From an uncultured bacterium (GTDB lineage Bacteria > Patescibacteriota > Minisyncoccia > Minisyncoccales > RBG-13-42-11), in contig CAWBPO010000001.1 of the NCBI GenBank assembly GCA_963790795.1, positions 38,675-102,674 on the forward strand: a stretch of 64,000 nt of DNA, in the 5' to 3' direction. The notes below the pieces were generated by a model. It saw only the letters and a program-made list of their open reading frames with translations. It searched no databases and was not told the origin of the DNA. Numbering within the stretch: position 1 is the first letter of the stretch; every line of letters starts with the position of its first letter. This document shows, one piece after another, positions 10,721 through 20,865 of this stretch. The translations under genes and the position numbers were made by a program.

Positions 10721-13700
10721 TTAAAAAATTTCTTTTGGTTTTTCTTTTACTTCAATGCTAAGGCCTAACGACTTTAACTCAGCCACCAGAAGATTGAAGG
10801 AAGCGGGAATGCTCGGAGCTTTTATTTCCTCTCCCTTTAATATTGCTTCGTAAGTGGCTGCTCTTCCCGACATATCGTCAGATTTTATAGTCAGCATTTC
10901 CTGAAGAGTATTGGCTGCGCCGTATCCTTCAAGCGCCCAGACTTCCATTTCCCCGAATCTTTGTCCGCCAAACTGAGCTTTTCCTCCAAGCGGCTGCTGG
11001 GTAATCAGAGAATACGGCCCTATTGAACGCATATGGATCTTATCTTCAACCATATGAATCAGCTTCATCATATATATGTATCCGACAGTAATGCTCTTTG
11101 GAAAAACTAACCCTGTTCTGCCGTCATACAAAATAATTTTTCCGTCTTCAGGAAGGTTAGCTATTTTTAACTCTTTCTTAATGTCTGATTCTGTTGCTCC
11201 GGCCAAGGACGGCGTAATAGCCTGGATTCCTAAAGTCTTGGCAGCCCAACCCAAATGCGTTTCCAAAATCTGTCCTAAATTCATTCTGGAAGCCACGCTC
11301 ATCGGATTCAAAATAATATCAACTGGCGTGCCGTCTGCCATAAAAGGCATTTCTTCAACCGGCAAAACTTTTGAAATTACTCCTTTGTTTCCGTGGCGGC
11401 CTGCCAATTTGTCGCCAGCTTTGATTTCTCTTAATTGGGCCACTTCCACTTCAATCTTTTTTATCACTCCTGGCTCCAATTTATGTCCGAACTCCCTGGA
11501 AAAAACTTTAACGCCAACCACTCTTCCTCTTTTTCCGTGTTCCATTAGAAGGGAACTGTCTTTTATTTCCCTGGCCTTTTCCCCGAAAATAGCCCTTAAC
11601 AACCTTTCTTCAGCAGTTAAATCAGCTTCGCCTTTAGGTGAAATTTTGCCGACTAAAATATCATTCGGACCGACCTCGGCTCCGACTCTAATAATTCCCT
11701 CTTCGTCCAAATCCTTCAGCTTTTCCTCAGAAACGTTGGGAATATCAGAAGTTGTCAGCTCCGGCCCGAGTTTCGTTTCCCTGACATCGCAGGCAAAGCT
11801 TTCAATATGAATTGAAGTGTAAGCATCGTCTTTTGCCAATTTCTCGGAAATGATAATTGAATCTTCAAAGTTGCCTCCTCTCCAAGGCATAAAAGCAACC
11901 AAAATGTTCCGGCCCAAAGCCAAAGACCCTTGAGCAATTGAACCGCCGTCAGTTAAAATGTCTCCTTTTCTGACTTTCTGATTTTTTTTGACAATGGTCT
12001 TTTGGTGAAAACAAGTGTATTGGTTTGTTCTAATGAAAGTTTTTAAATTGTAGGTCCTTAATTTTGCTGTTTTTCCTTTTGTCCTGATAACAATATGGTT
12101 TGCATCAGCTTCACAAACAGTGCCGTCGTCTTGGGCTACTATTACCTGGCCTGAATCTTGAGCCACTTTCTCTTCAACGCCAGTAGCAACCAAAGGAGGT
12201 TCAGGATTGAACAAAGGAACTGACTGTCTTTGCATATTAGAACCCATCAAAGCCCTGTTTGCATCGTCATTTTGCAAGGAAAGGAATACAGGAAGTGGCA
12301 ATAGAAATTGATTGTTCTGAAGAAACGTCAATAAAATCAATTTTATCCTTATCCATAACCCCAGGCTCTCCTTTTATTCTGGCTTCCACTTTTTCCGGAA
12401 TAATATATCCTTTATTGTCAATTAATACGGCGCCGGAAGCAATATTGTATTTTTCTTCCTCGTAAGCATTAAGGTAATGGATTTCCGAAGTTACCCTTCT
12501 TTTATCAACTTTGAAATATGGGGTTTCCAAAAACCCATACTGGTTTATTCTGGCAAAAGAAGCCATGTGTCCGACCAATCCAATGTTCGGACCTTCAGGA
12601 GTTTGAATGGGGCATATTCTGCCGTAATGAGAAGGCTGGACATCCCTGACTTCAAAACCAGCTCTTTCTCGGGTTAAACCGCCAGGCCCTGTGGAAGATA
12701 ATCTTCTTTTGTGCTCTAACTCAGCTAAAGGATTTTCATTATCCATGAATTGGGACAGCTGGGAAGAAGTGAAGAATTCTTTGACCACTGCCATAAAAGG
12801 CCTTGGGTTTATCAGTTGGGCAGGAGTAAGCGTACTAACGTCAAGTGTGGACATTCTGTCCTTAATAATTCTTTCCATTCTCATTAATCCCACTCTTAAT
12901 CTGTTTTGTATGAGTTCGTTTAAGGTTCTGACCCTTCTATTGCCCAAGTGGTCAATCTGATCCGGTTTTGCATCTGGAGTGTTGTTCAATCTGATAATCT
13001 CTTTTATTACGGCGACCACATCCTCTAAGGCAAGAATCCTCTCTTTCACCTTTATTTCTCCCTCTTTTGAATTTTTACTTTTCAATTTTGCATTTTGCAT
13101 TTTGCTCTCGCTTGCGAGGAACTTGTTCATTTTTGCATTCAGCGACGGTAGTCGCTGTAGCATTCTCCACCTCCCTACTTTAGACAAATCATATCTTTCA
13201 AAATTAAAAAACATGTTCTCAATCAATTCTCTGGCAGTGTCCGGGGTCGCCAAATCGCCCGGCCTTAATCTCTGGTAAATCTCCACAAAAGCCTCTGCCT
13301 GGTTATGGGTTGTGTCTCTTTTCAAGGTTTCTTCAATGTATTTTATCTCTCCTCTGTCAACGTCTTGAAAGGCTTCTTTAATTGATTCGTCTTTTTCAAT
13401 GCCAAAAGCCCTTAGCAAAGTTGTGGCCATTATTTTCCTTCTTCTGTCTATTTTCAATCCGATTGCTCCTGATGTTTCTGTGTCAAATTCAAGCCAGGCT
13501 CCCCGATTGGGAATAATTTTAGCTCCGAAAGTGTCTCTGCCTGAAACTTTTTGGCCTGTGAAAAAAGCGCCAGGAGAACGAATCAGCTGGGAAATAGTCA
13601 CTCTTTCCACGCCATTGACAATAAAAGTTCCCCTTTCTGTCATTAAGGGGAAATCAGTTAAAAAAACCTCCTGCTCTTTGATTTCTTTTGTTTTTAAATT

Positions 13701-13970
13701 GACCAGCTTTGTTTTGACTCTTAAAGAACCTTCGAAAGAATCGTTGTTTTGCTTTGCCTCTAGATCAGTTTTATATTTTGATTCTTCCAATTTAAAATTT
13801 AAAAACCAAAGTTCAAGCTCTTTGCCAGTATAATCTTTAATCGGAGAAATTTCCTGGAAAAGCTCTTTCAAGTCCCTGTCCCAAAACAGCTGCCAGTTGT
13901 CTTTTTGTATGGAGATCAAGTAAGGAAGAGAAAGGGAAACTTTTGCTTTTGTGAAGTTTTTAGTCTTCAT
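10721..13970 (-). CDS. rpoB: DNA-directed RNA polymerase subunit beta, split into two ORFs (12267..13970 and 10721..12340) by a 1-nt frameshift in a T4 run (A4 on - strand) at 12270-12273
   Basis: Upstream ORF ends ...SCIPFLAK*(TGA), downstream frame continues ...[16 protein letters not shown]; deleting one A from gcaAAAAtgac restores ...[15 protein letters not shown] (cf. conserved [15 protein letters not shown]). Confidence 0.9.
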
Positions 13971-14177
13971 ATGGGATTAAAACACCAAAAATACCCCAAA
14001 CAAACAAAATTCTGGGGCAAAAAATTATTTTGATTTTTTATAACAAGGAGGGAAACAAGATGATATTAAAAACTCTGTTTAATTTTATCTCAGAAAATCA
14101 CAGTAAATGGTAAATTTAATATTACTCTTTTTATGGAAACCTGTCAATAGCTTTGGATTTCTGGCGTAAAATAGCGG

Positions 14178-16514
14178 CTATTCTTCTGTTTGTGTCAGAT
14201 TGTTGATTTTTGATATGACGTCGGCATTGCCCGGGTTCAATTCAAGCACTCTTTCAAAGTAAGCTAAAGCTTTGTCTGTTTGCCCTTTTTTCTGATAAGC
14301 CAAACCCAAAGAATAAAGAGAATTGGAATGGGACGGAAAAAGCTGAACCGACTTTTCAAATTGAGCAATCGCTTTGTCTACTTGATTGTTGTTAAGATAA
14401 AGACGGCCTAATTGAAAAATAGCTTCAACATTTAAAGGAAAAGAAGTAACCAAAACTTCCATTTGTTTTATCGCTTCTTCTGCGTTGTTTTCTTGTTCAT
14501 AAACTAAAGCCAATTGTATTGAAGCGTCAATATAATCAGGTTTTAATTCTTTTGCTTTGCTGAAATTCTCTTTTGCTTTTTCAATGTCATTGGAAAACAA
14601 ATAAAGCTTGCCCACTTCTGTTCTTAAAACAGGATTTATCGGCTCCAAGCTAATCGCTTTTTCAAAATACTGTATTCCCCATTTTAAAACTTCCTGTCCT
14701 CCCATCATAACCCTGAAATCGCGGTAAATTATTCCCAAAGTTTCCTGAACAGCCACTCTGTTCGGACTTATTTTATCAACTCCTTTTATTGTGATTGTGC
14801 TGCTTGGGTTAGCGTTCGGATTCAAACATACTTCAAATACTTCTCCGCCTTTTGCATGGGCAAGCGCCAAAGAAGCGTTGCAAATCAACTGATTTTGGTC
14901 AAGTACTCCCTCTTCAATGAGAGAGTTAGCTTTTCCCAAATAATACCTTGCCAAAAAAATCTTATATTGCGGTTGATAAGGATTAAGTTTTGCCGCTTGT
15001 TCCAATGATTCAACGTTGTTTTCTTCCAGCCCTTTTCTGTAATTAACATCAGCTAAATAAAATTGCGCGGCAAAGAAATAAACTCCCAAAAAAAGCAGAA
15101 TAATAATTATGAGCAGGATAGAAAAAATCAAAGACATTTCCGGAAATTTCTTGAAAGAAATTGTTTTTTCTTCCTCTGATTCGCTCTTCGACGAATGCCA
15201 ACTTGCCGCAGATAATCCCAAAACCAGCCAAAAAGCAAAAGCTAATATTGTATTTTGATAGTAAAAAAACTGTCCGAAAAACAAAGCTAAAAAGAACACC
15301 AACAATGGTATGCTGTTCTTGTTTTTTTGCAAAAAAACATAGCTGATTAGCAAAAACAAGCTGATTAAAATAATGTAAGAAATTATGCCTAAAAATCCCA
15401 TTGTTCCCAACACTTCAGCAAAATAATTCCCCGGCCTATCAATCCTTATCTGCCAAAAAGCGCTCTGGTTAAAGCTTAAAGGCTTGAATTTTGAAAAGTC
15501 ATAATGAAAAGTGCCAATGCCAGACCCCAAAAACCCGGACTTTACGTTTTCAGTTGCCGATTTTAATCCGATAATCCAGGAATCTCCCTGACCTAAAAAT
15601 TGTTCCTGCAGAAGGTTATTTTTCAAAATCAATCCCTGCAAGCCGGAAGTGTTGATAAAAACAAGGGTAAAAGCTAAAATGGCAAAAAATATCGGCAGTA
15701 AAAGTTTGTTGACGTCTTCCTTAAACATTCTTTTCCATAAAACAAAGGGCAAAAACAGAATCAAGCTTAAAAATATTATCAGCCAGGCCACTTTAGAATC
15801 AATAATCAGCAGCAATATTGAAATTGCAACTAACAATAAATAATTAAATATCTGGCCGTTTGGTTTTTTCTTTTTGTCAGAAATCAAAATTCTGCCGATT
15901 AGAAACACCGAAATTATGCTTAAAAATACAGCCAGTCCGTCCATACTTGCCGTAACGGGATTAAAGCCTGATTGCAGCATTATTGCTGGCAAGGAAAACT
16001 TGCCTACAAACAAACTGTTTATTTTTTCGAAAACTCCGAAGATTGAAAAATAGCTGAACAAAACGACAAAAAAAGCAGACCAAAAGAACGTTTTCAGCAG
16101 CGATTGAACGGTTAATAAAGAATGAACTGCTCCTTCTTTTGTTTCTTTTTCAATTCCAACGTTATTGGTTATCAAGAAATAAAACAAACAAAAACTGAAC
16201 AGTCCTATCAAGCTGTCTGAGAATCTTCCGTAAAATCCGAATAAGCTTGAAAGCTTATCAACTGAAAATATCGCGCTAAAAACAGCAATAAAGAAAAACG
16301 CCAAAACAAAAATATTCAGAGGCGACTTCTTAAATTTAATTTCTTTATCAAATAGAATCATCTTTGCCAACCAGGTCAAAAACGCCAGAGAAACTAAAAA
16401 GAACAAAAGATACTGTTTGTTTAATTCAAACTTTTCAAAAGAAAAAGGCAGAAAAAACAAAGGCAGTAAAAAGACCAACAAATGGATACTCCAAGTTATA
16501 ATTTTGTTATACAT
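14178..16514 (-). CDS. polytopic membrane protein, O-antigen ligase (Wzy_C)-like core with C-terminal TPR repeats
   Basis: 778 aa; >10 predicted TM helices, C-terminal TPR array; paralog of 52520..54850 (similar N-termini). Confidence 0.55.
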   Translation of the reverse strand: MYNKIITWSIHLLVFLLPLFFLPFSFEKFELNKQYLLFFLVSLAFLTWLAKMILFDKEIKFKKSPLNIFVLAFFFIAVFSAIFSVDKLSSLFGFYGRFSDSLIGLFSFCLFYFLITNNVGIEKETKEGAVHSLLTVQSLLKTFFWSAFFVVLFSYFSIFGVFEKINSLFVGKFSLPAIMLQSGFNPVTASMDGLAVFLSIISVFLIGRILISDKKKKPNGQIFNYLLLVAISILLLIIDSKVAWLIIFLSLILFLPFVLWKRMFKEDVNKLLLPIFFAILAFTLVFINTSGLQGLILKNNLLQEQFLGQGDSWIIGLKSATENVKSGFLGSGIGTFHYDFSKFKPLSFNQSAFWQIRIDRPGNYFAEVLGTMGFLGIISYIILISLFLLISYVFLQKNKNSIPLLVFFLALFFGQFFYYQNTILAFAFWLVLGLSAASWHSSKSESEEEKTISFKKFPEMSLIFSILLIIIILLFLGVYFFAAQFYLADVNYRKGLEENNVESLEQAAKLNPYQPQYKIFLARYYLGKANSLIEEGVLDQNQLICNASLALAHAKGGEVFEVCLNPNANPSSTITIKGVDKISPNRVAVQETLGIIYRDFRVMMGGQEVLKWGIQYFEKAISLEPINPVLRTEVGKLYLFSNDIEKAKENFSKAKELKPDYIDASIQLALVYEQENNAEEAIKQMEVLVTSFPLNVEAIFQLGRLYLNNNQVDKAIAQFEKSVQLFPSHSNSLYSLGLAYQKKGQTDKALAYFERVLELNPGNADVISKINNLTQTEE

Positions 16515-16560
16515 AGTATAATTCTGTTAATATATTTATTATACAACTTTTTTGTGAGTT

Positions 16561-16583
16561 TATTGAGGACTCTCCTCAACAGC
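16561..16583. repeat. REP-like hairpin, family A (tTGAGGA-ctc-TCCTCAAcag)
   Basis: inverted repeat ttgagga/tcctcaa in intergenic region upstream of 14178..16514. Confidence 0.6.
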
Positions 16584-16595
16584 TTTATAATAGCT

Positions 16596-16985
16596 TTAAA
16601 TTATGTTTTCGTAATGGTTTAAACGTTCCATAGTATTATTATACCTTAAAACTACGCATACTGCATCCACTCGATAAGGTCCTTGCCATTTCTTCCACGT
16701 CGCATAAGCCCTCGCATTACCCCAAAGCTTTCTCAATTTTTTGTTATTAATAGTGTCTTCCGGCGTGCCGAAATTCTCTCCCTTCTTCGTCCTCACCTCC
16801 ACAAAGACCATTTCATTTCCTTTTTTAGCGACTAAATCAATTTCCGCATATTTTGTTTTGTAATTTTGCTCAATTATTTTATATCCTTTTTTCTCCAAAT
16901 ACTCCTTTGCAATTTCTTCTCCTATTTTCCCTGTCTCCAAATGTGCCTGTTGAGGTTCGTCCTCAACAGGCCTAAATTGATTCAT
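16596..16985 (-). CDS. yraN: YraN/UPF0102 family endonuclease
   Basis: GEEIAKEYLEKKGYKIIEQNYKTKYAEIDLVAKKGNEMVFVEVRTKK (PD-(D/E)xK-like UPF0102 pattern); N-terminal 20 codons read through a REP-like hairpin. Confidence 0.7.
   Translation of the reverse strand: MNQFRPVEDEPQQAHLETGKIGEEIAKEYLEKKGYKIIEQNYKTKYAEIDLVAKKGNEMVFVEVRTKKGENFGTPEDTINNKKLRKLWGNARAYATWKKWQGPYRVDAVCVVLRYNNTMERLNHYENII
16947..16969. repeat. REP-like hairpin, family A (CTGTTGAGG-ttcgt-CCTCAACAG)
   Basis: perfect 9-bp stem; at comM/yraN junction. Confidence 0.65.
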
Positions 16986-18507
16986 ATATTTTTGGCCGGT
17001 ACTGCAAGGTTTCGGCCATATGGGAAACAGTTATTTCCGATGCTCCCTCCAAATCAGCGATAGTGCGGGCGACTTTAATCATTTTCATATAAGACCTTGC
17101 GGATAATTGAAATTTCATACTCGCTTGCTTTAAAAGTTGCTCCACTTCCTTTATCAGTTTGCAGTATTTTTTAATGTGGCTGTTTTTCATCTGGGCGTTT
17201 GATTGGATAGGTTCTTCCTTAAAACGCTTTTCCTGTCTTTCCCTTGCTAAGATTACTCTTTTTCTGATTGTCTCCGACGATTCCAAGAATTCCGAGGCTT
17301 TTTGATTTTCTGAAAATTCTTCCACATCGACCGGCTGAACGGTAATATGCAAGTCAATTCTGTCCAAGATGGGACCAGAAATCCGCTTTTGATATTTTCT
17401 TATTTGGCGGGGAGTACAAACGCAATTTTTCTTCGGATGATTCAAATAACCGCAAGGACAGGGATTGGCAGAAGCCACAAGCATAAAATCCGCAGGATAT
17501 CTTACTATTTCTTTACTTCTTGAAATAGTAAGATAGCCTTCCTCCAGGGGCTGACGCATTGCCTCCATGACTTGCCTTGGAAACTCATTAAATTCATCGA
17601 GAAAGAGAACTCCTCTGTGAGCCAAACTTATTTCGCCGGGGTGCGGTCTTGTACCACCGCCGATTAGTCCTACTGGAGAAGCTGTGTGGTGCGGCACTCT
17701 GAATTGTCGATAAGTTATTACAGAGCCTCCTGGAGGAATATTGCCTGCTACAGAATATATTTTAGTTACTTCTAACGATTCTTCTTCGGTTAAAGGAGAC
17801 ATAATCCCCGGTAAAGCTCTGGCCAACATTGTTTTCCCGGAACCAGGACTTCCCACCATAATAATGTTATGGCCGCCGGCTGCAGCTATCTCTACTGCTC
17901 TCTTTGCTTGTTCTTGCCCTAAAATTTCTTTCATATCAAACTCTGCTGGAATAGGTAATCTGTCTTCAGGTTCTTTATAAACAGCAGGTTCAATCAATTT
18001 CCTTCCTAAAAAGTGCGAAATAAGTTGAAAAAGGTTTTCTACGGGGTATACTTTTATTCCTTTAATCACCGCTGCTTCGTTTGCTGAATCCTTGGGAACA
18101 AATAAATTTTTAAATCCTTTCTCTTTGGTAAAAAGCGCCAGTAGAAACGCTCCTTTTGTGTGCCTCAAAGAACCATCAAGTGATAATTCCCCGAAAAACA
18201 GAGATTCTTCAGGTATGTCAAATTGCAAAATGCTTCTCAAAATTCCCAAAGCAATCGGCAAATCGTAAAACGAACCTTCTTTTGGGATGTCGGCTGGAGC
18301 CAAATTGACGGTAATTTTCTTTGCCGGGAACTCAATACCCGAACTTAAAATTGCAGCCCTGACTCTCTCTTTGCTTTCATCCACCGCTTTGTCCGGTAAA
18401 CCGACAATCTCAAATCCAGGCAGGCCTCTGTTTGCCAAATTCACTTCAACATCCACTTTAATTGTTTCCAATCCCGAATTAGCGGCTGATGAAACCTTAA
18501 TTAACAT
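16972..18507 (-). CDS. comM: YifB/ComM family Mg-chelatase-like AAA+ ATPase
   Basis: N-terminal Lon-like domain, Walker A GSPGSGKT, C-terminal Mg_chelatase_C region. Confidence 0.85.
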   Translation of the reverse strand: MLIKVSSAANSGLETIKVDVEVNLANRGLPGFEIVGLPDKAVDESKERVRAAILSSGIEFPAKKITVNLAPADIPKEGSFYDLPIALGILRSILQFDIPEESLFFGELSLDGSLRHTKGAFLLALFTKEKGFKNLFVPKDSANEAAVIKGIKVYPVENLFQLISHFLGRKLIEPAVYKEPEDRLPIPAEFDMKEILGQEQAKRAVEIAAAGGHNIIMVGSPGSGKTMLARALPGIMSPLTEEESLEVTKIYSVAGNIPPGGSVITYRQFRVPHHTASPVGLIGGGTRPHPGEISLAHRGVLFLDEFNEFPRQVMEAMRQPLEEGYLTISRSKEIVRYPADFMLVASANPCPCGYLNHPKKNCVCTPRQIRKYQKRISGPILDRIDLHITVQPVDVEEFSENQKASEFLESSETIRKRVILARERQEKRFKEEPIQSNAQMKNSHIKKYCKLIKEVEQLLKQASMKFQLSARSYMKMIKVARTIADLEGASEITVSHMAETLQYRPKIYESI

Positions 18508-19417
18508 AATATTTATTGTCCTCTTGTTGGATAAAACCTTTCAATTGCATTAAAGACAGAGTGGTTCCAACTTTTGAAACTGAAATACCTAATATTCTGG
18601 CTAAAATATCTGCTTCTAATGGTTCTTTTTTTAAATGCTCAATAATTCTTCTTTCAATATCATCTTTTAACTGCCCATTAATCTGTTGAGGTCTAATCTG
18701 TTGAGGTCTAACCTCAACAGATTCTTTACTTGGTATAATTTTGTAAAAATTCAGAATATCCCTGGCTCCGGTCGCTACCTCAGCTCCTTCTTTAATAAGC
18801 TGTAACGTTCCTTTTGACACTTCGCTTGTGATAGGACCCGGCACGGCGAATATTTTCCTTCCGAATTTTTTGGCGAATTCTGCCGTAATCAGTGTTCCGC
18901 TGTTTAACCCCGCTTCTACAATTAAAACCGCTTTTGATAGCCCTGCCACTATCCTGTTTCTTTTGGGGTAAGTCCAGGTCGCTGGCGGAAATTTTCCCTC
19001 AAACTCGGAAATAATCAATCCTTTATTTTCCAGAATTTTATTGTAAAGCTCTTCTTGCTCTTCAGGATGTATTATATTTATTCCGCAAGGCATTACAGCT
19101 ATTGTCCTGCCACCTGCTTCTACTGTGGCCTTGTGAGCGGCTTCGTCTCCGCCATACATAAATCCGGAAACTATAGTCACGCCAGCCGCCGCGATTTCCG
19201 TTACCAATTGCTCTGTTATTTTCCTTCCGTAACTGGTCAAACGCCTTGAGCCGACCACTGATAAACAATTATCAAAAATCTTCCCATCCCAATCGCCCTT
19301 ATAATAAAGTTTTTCCGGCGCCTCCTTGCCGATTTTTCTTAACAATTCCGGATATCTTTTATCTTGTATATTTATTATATTTTCTTCTTTCATAGATTTG
19401 TTGAAGACCCTCCTCAA
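18497..19417 (-). CDS. dprA: DNA processing protein DprA (Rossmann + C-terminal wHTH), with an in-frame REP-hairpin insertion encoding VRPQQIRPQQINGQ
   Basis: GVTIVSGFMYGGDEAAHKATVEAGGRTIAVMPCGIN...; tandem hairpin element at 18683-18722 lies inside the linker. Confidence 0.85.
   Translation of the reverse strand: MRRVFNKSMKEENIINIQDKRYPELLRKIGKEAPEKLYYKGDWDGKIFDNCLSVVGSRRLTSYGRKITEQLVTEIAAAGVTIVSGFMYGGDEAAHKATVEAGGRTIAVMPCGINIIHPEEQEELYNKILENKGLIISEFEGKFPPATWTYPKRNRIVAGLSKAVLIVEAGLNSGTLITAEFAKKFGRKIFAVPGPITSEVSKGTLQLIKEGAEVATGARDILNFYKIIPSKESVEVRPQQIRPQQINGQLKDDIERRIIEHLKKEPLEADILARILGISVSKVGTTLSLMQLKGFIQQEDNKYYVN
18683..18722. repeat. REP-like hairpin, family A, 1.5 tandem copies (ctgttgaggtcta + atctgttgaggtctaacctcaacagat) inside dprA coding sequence
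   Basis: 10-bp stem ctgttgaggt/acctcaacag; in-frame with dprA. Confidence 0.65.
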
Positions 19418-19420
19418 CAG
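19398..19420. repeat. REP-like hairpin, family A (ttGTTGAAGA-ccc-TCCTCAACag), one mismatch
   Basis: between comF and dprA, overlapping dprA start. Confidence 0.55.
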
Positions 19421-19424
19421 TCAA

Positions 19425-20090
19425 TTAAACGGTGCGGGCGAGAGTAAAACCCCAAACTTTTTTTACTCCCGACCTTTTTAATACTCTGCAACATTCTTGC
19501 ATCGTCGCTCCGCTTGTCCAGACATCGTCTACTAACAAAACATTATTATGGCAATTTATTCCCTTTTTTCTATGGAAAGAATCTTTAACGTTAACCATTC
19601 TCTCTTCTTTGTTTAATTCGGTTTGAGATGGCGTATCTTTTATTTTTTCAAGCAAGGCTAATACTTCTCTACCAGTTATTTCCCCCACCTTTTTGGCAAT
19701 CAACTCCGCCTGATTAAATCCTCTTCGTTTTTCTTTTTTCTTGAACATCGGCACAAAAGTTATTGTCGTGTTTTCCGGAATATACGGCTCTCTTATCTCA
19801 AAAGCCATTTCAACAAGTTCATTTATCGCATCAAACATACTTTCGTATTTAATTTTAAAAATAATATTTTTAATCAATCCTTCATACTCCCACGCGCTAA
19901 CAACTTCTTCCAAGCCGCCCGCCATAAAAACAGTCGGGGCTTCGGAAAGAAATAAACCGCACTTTTCACAGATATATTTTCCCTCTTTTCCGCACGCTAC
20001 ACACATCCTGGGCGATAAAATATCTATTATTCCTTCTTTTATTTTATTTAATACCTCCTTCATCCCTTGTCGGTTGATCTTAGACTTCAA
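19425..20090 (-). CDS. comF: ComF-family protein (ComFC-like phosphoribosyltransferase with N-terminal Zn ribbon)
   Basis: CVACGKEGKYICEKCG Zn ribbon; C-terminal PRTase motif LLVDDVWTSGATM. Confidence 0.75.
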   Translation of the reverse strand: MKSKINRQGMKEVLNKIKEGIIDILSPRMCVACGKEGKYICEKCGLFLSEAPTVFMAGGLEEVVSAWEYEGLIKNIIFKIKYESMFDAINELVEMAFEIREPYIPENTTITFVPMFKKKEKRRGFNQAELIAKKVGEITGREVLALLEKIKDTPSQTELNKEERMVNVKDSFHRKKGINCHNNVLLVDDVWTSGATMQECCRVLKRSGVKKVWGFTLARTV

Positions 20091-20095
20091 CCGAT

Positions 20096-20848
20096 TTAAT
20101 TCTCCAGAGTTAATGTTCCTAATTTATCATCAAGATTCATTCTTACAAGGCATTGCTTAGCAAATTCTTTATATTCTTCCGGGCCGAAAAATAATTCTCC
20201 CAAAACATCTTTTTCAATAATTTGCGAATTTCTTTTTCCGGCATAATCAGCCAAACTGCAATATGGATATTGTACTGCCCATTCGTACGCTTTATCAAAA
20301 TTTTCTAACGCTTTTTGCAGCCCTTCCGGATACATTTCAAAAACATTTTTTACCTGAATATATACGCTTAAATATTTGAGATATATCTCTTCGTTTATTA
20401 TTTTTATTTTATAAGAACCCTGAAATAAACTTCCGACTTCCTGATATTTTGTATTAAAATAATTAGCCATTCCCGTACCCAATCTTCTCATAAATTTTGT
20501 TACGCCGCCTTCTTGAATTTCTTTCAAAAAAAGATGAAAGTGATTTTCTAAAAGGGTAAATGCTAAAATTTTTACCAGCGATTTGCGCTCAGGCCAATCT
20601 AACGGCCAATTGAACGATCGGTTGAAGTCTAAGATCAACCGACGATTAAGGTCGCGAAAAGGATTTATTGCTGTAAATTCGTCATTAAAGTAATACAGCA
20701 TTTCAAGGAAGTGCCATTTGTCTTTTTGATCTAGAACTATCGGCTGTTTCCTGTTGCCCCTGTTGTAAACGTGCGCAAATGAACCTGGTATAATTTTGTC
20801 TCTTTTCATCTTTAAGCTGTTTAAGTTTGTGTTGAGGAGAGTCCTCAA
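20096..20848 (-). CDS. tnpA: IS200/IS605-family Y1 (HUH) transposase-like protein / REP-associated tyrosine transposase-like
   Basis: FAHVYNRGNRKQPIV (YHV..RGN motif) and HUH motif ENHFHLFL; likely true start MKRDKIIPG (ATG ~20809); flanked by REP-like hairpins. Confidence 0.6.
   Translation of the reverse strand: MRTLLNTNLNSLKMKRDKIIPGSFAHVYNRGNRKQPIVLDQKDKWHFLEMLYYFNDEFTAINPFRDLNRRLILDFNRSFNWPLDWPERKSLVKILAFTLLENHFHLFLKEIQEGGVTKFMRRLGTGMANYFNTKYQEVGSLFQGSYKIKIINEEIYLKYLSVYIQVKNVFEMYPEGLQKALENFDKAYEWAVQYPYCSLADYAGKRNSQIIEKDVLGELFFGPEEYKEFAKQCLVRMNLDDKLGTLTLEN
20616..20654. repeat. family-B hairpin element, inverted copy inside tnpA coding sequence (atcggttgaagtctaagatcaaccgacg)
   Basis: reverse complement of the 20060-20097 element; stem tcggttga/tcaaccga. 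Confidence 0.6.
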
Positions 20849-20850
20849 CG
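20828..20850. repeat. REP-like hairpin, family A (gtGTTGAGGA-gag-TCCTCAACgg) in tnpA 5' leader
   Basis: 8-bp stem. Confidence 0.6.
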
Positions 20851-20865
20851 GATTCTCTCAGTCCT

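Noticed and set aside
11076-11810. 244-aa + strand ORF within rpoB
   Set aside because: Antisense to a strongly conserved rpoB segment; Ser/Pro-rich composition typical of antisense frames.
19741-20160. 139-aa + strand ORF overlapping comF and the hairpin element
   Set aside because: Antisense to a well-supported ComF gene. Its only 'conserved' stretch (RLILDFNR) is the translation of the REP-like element.
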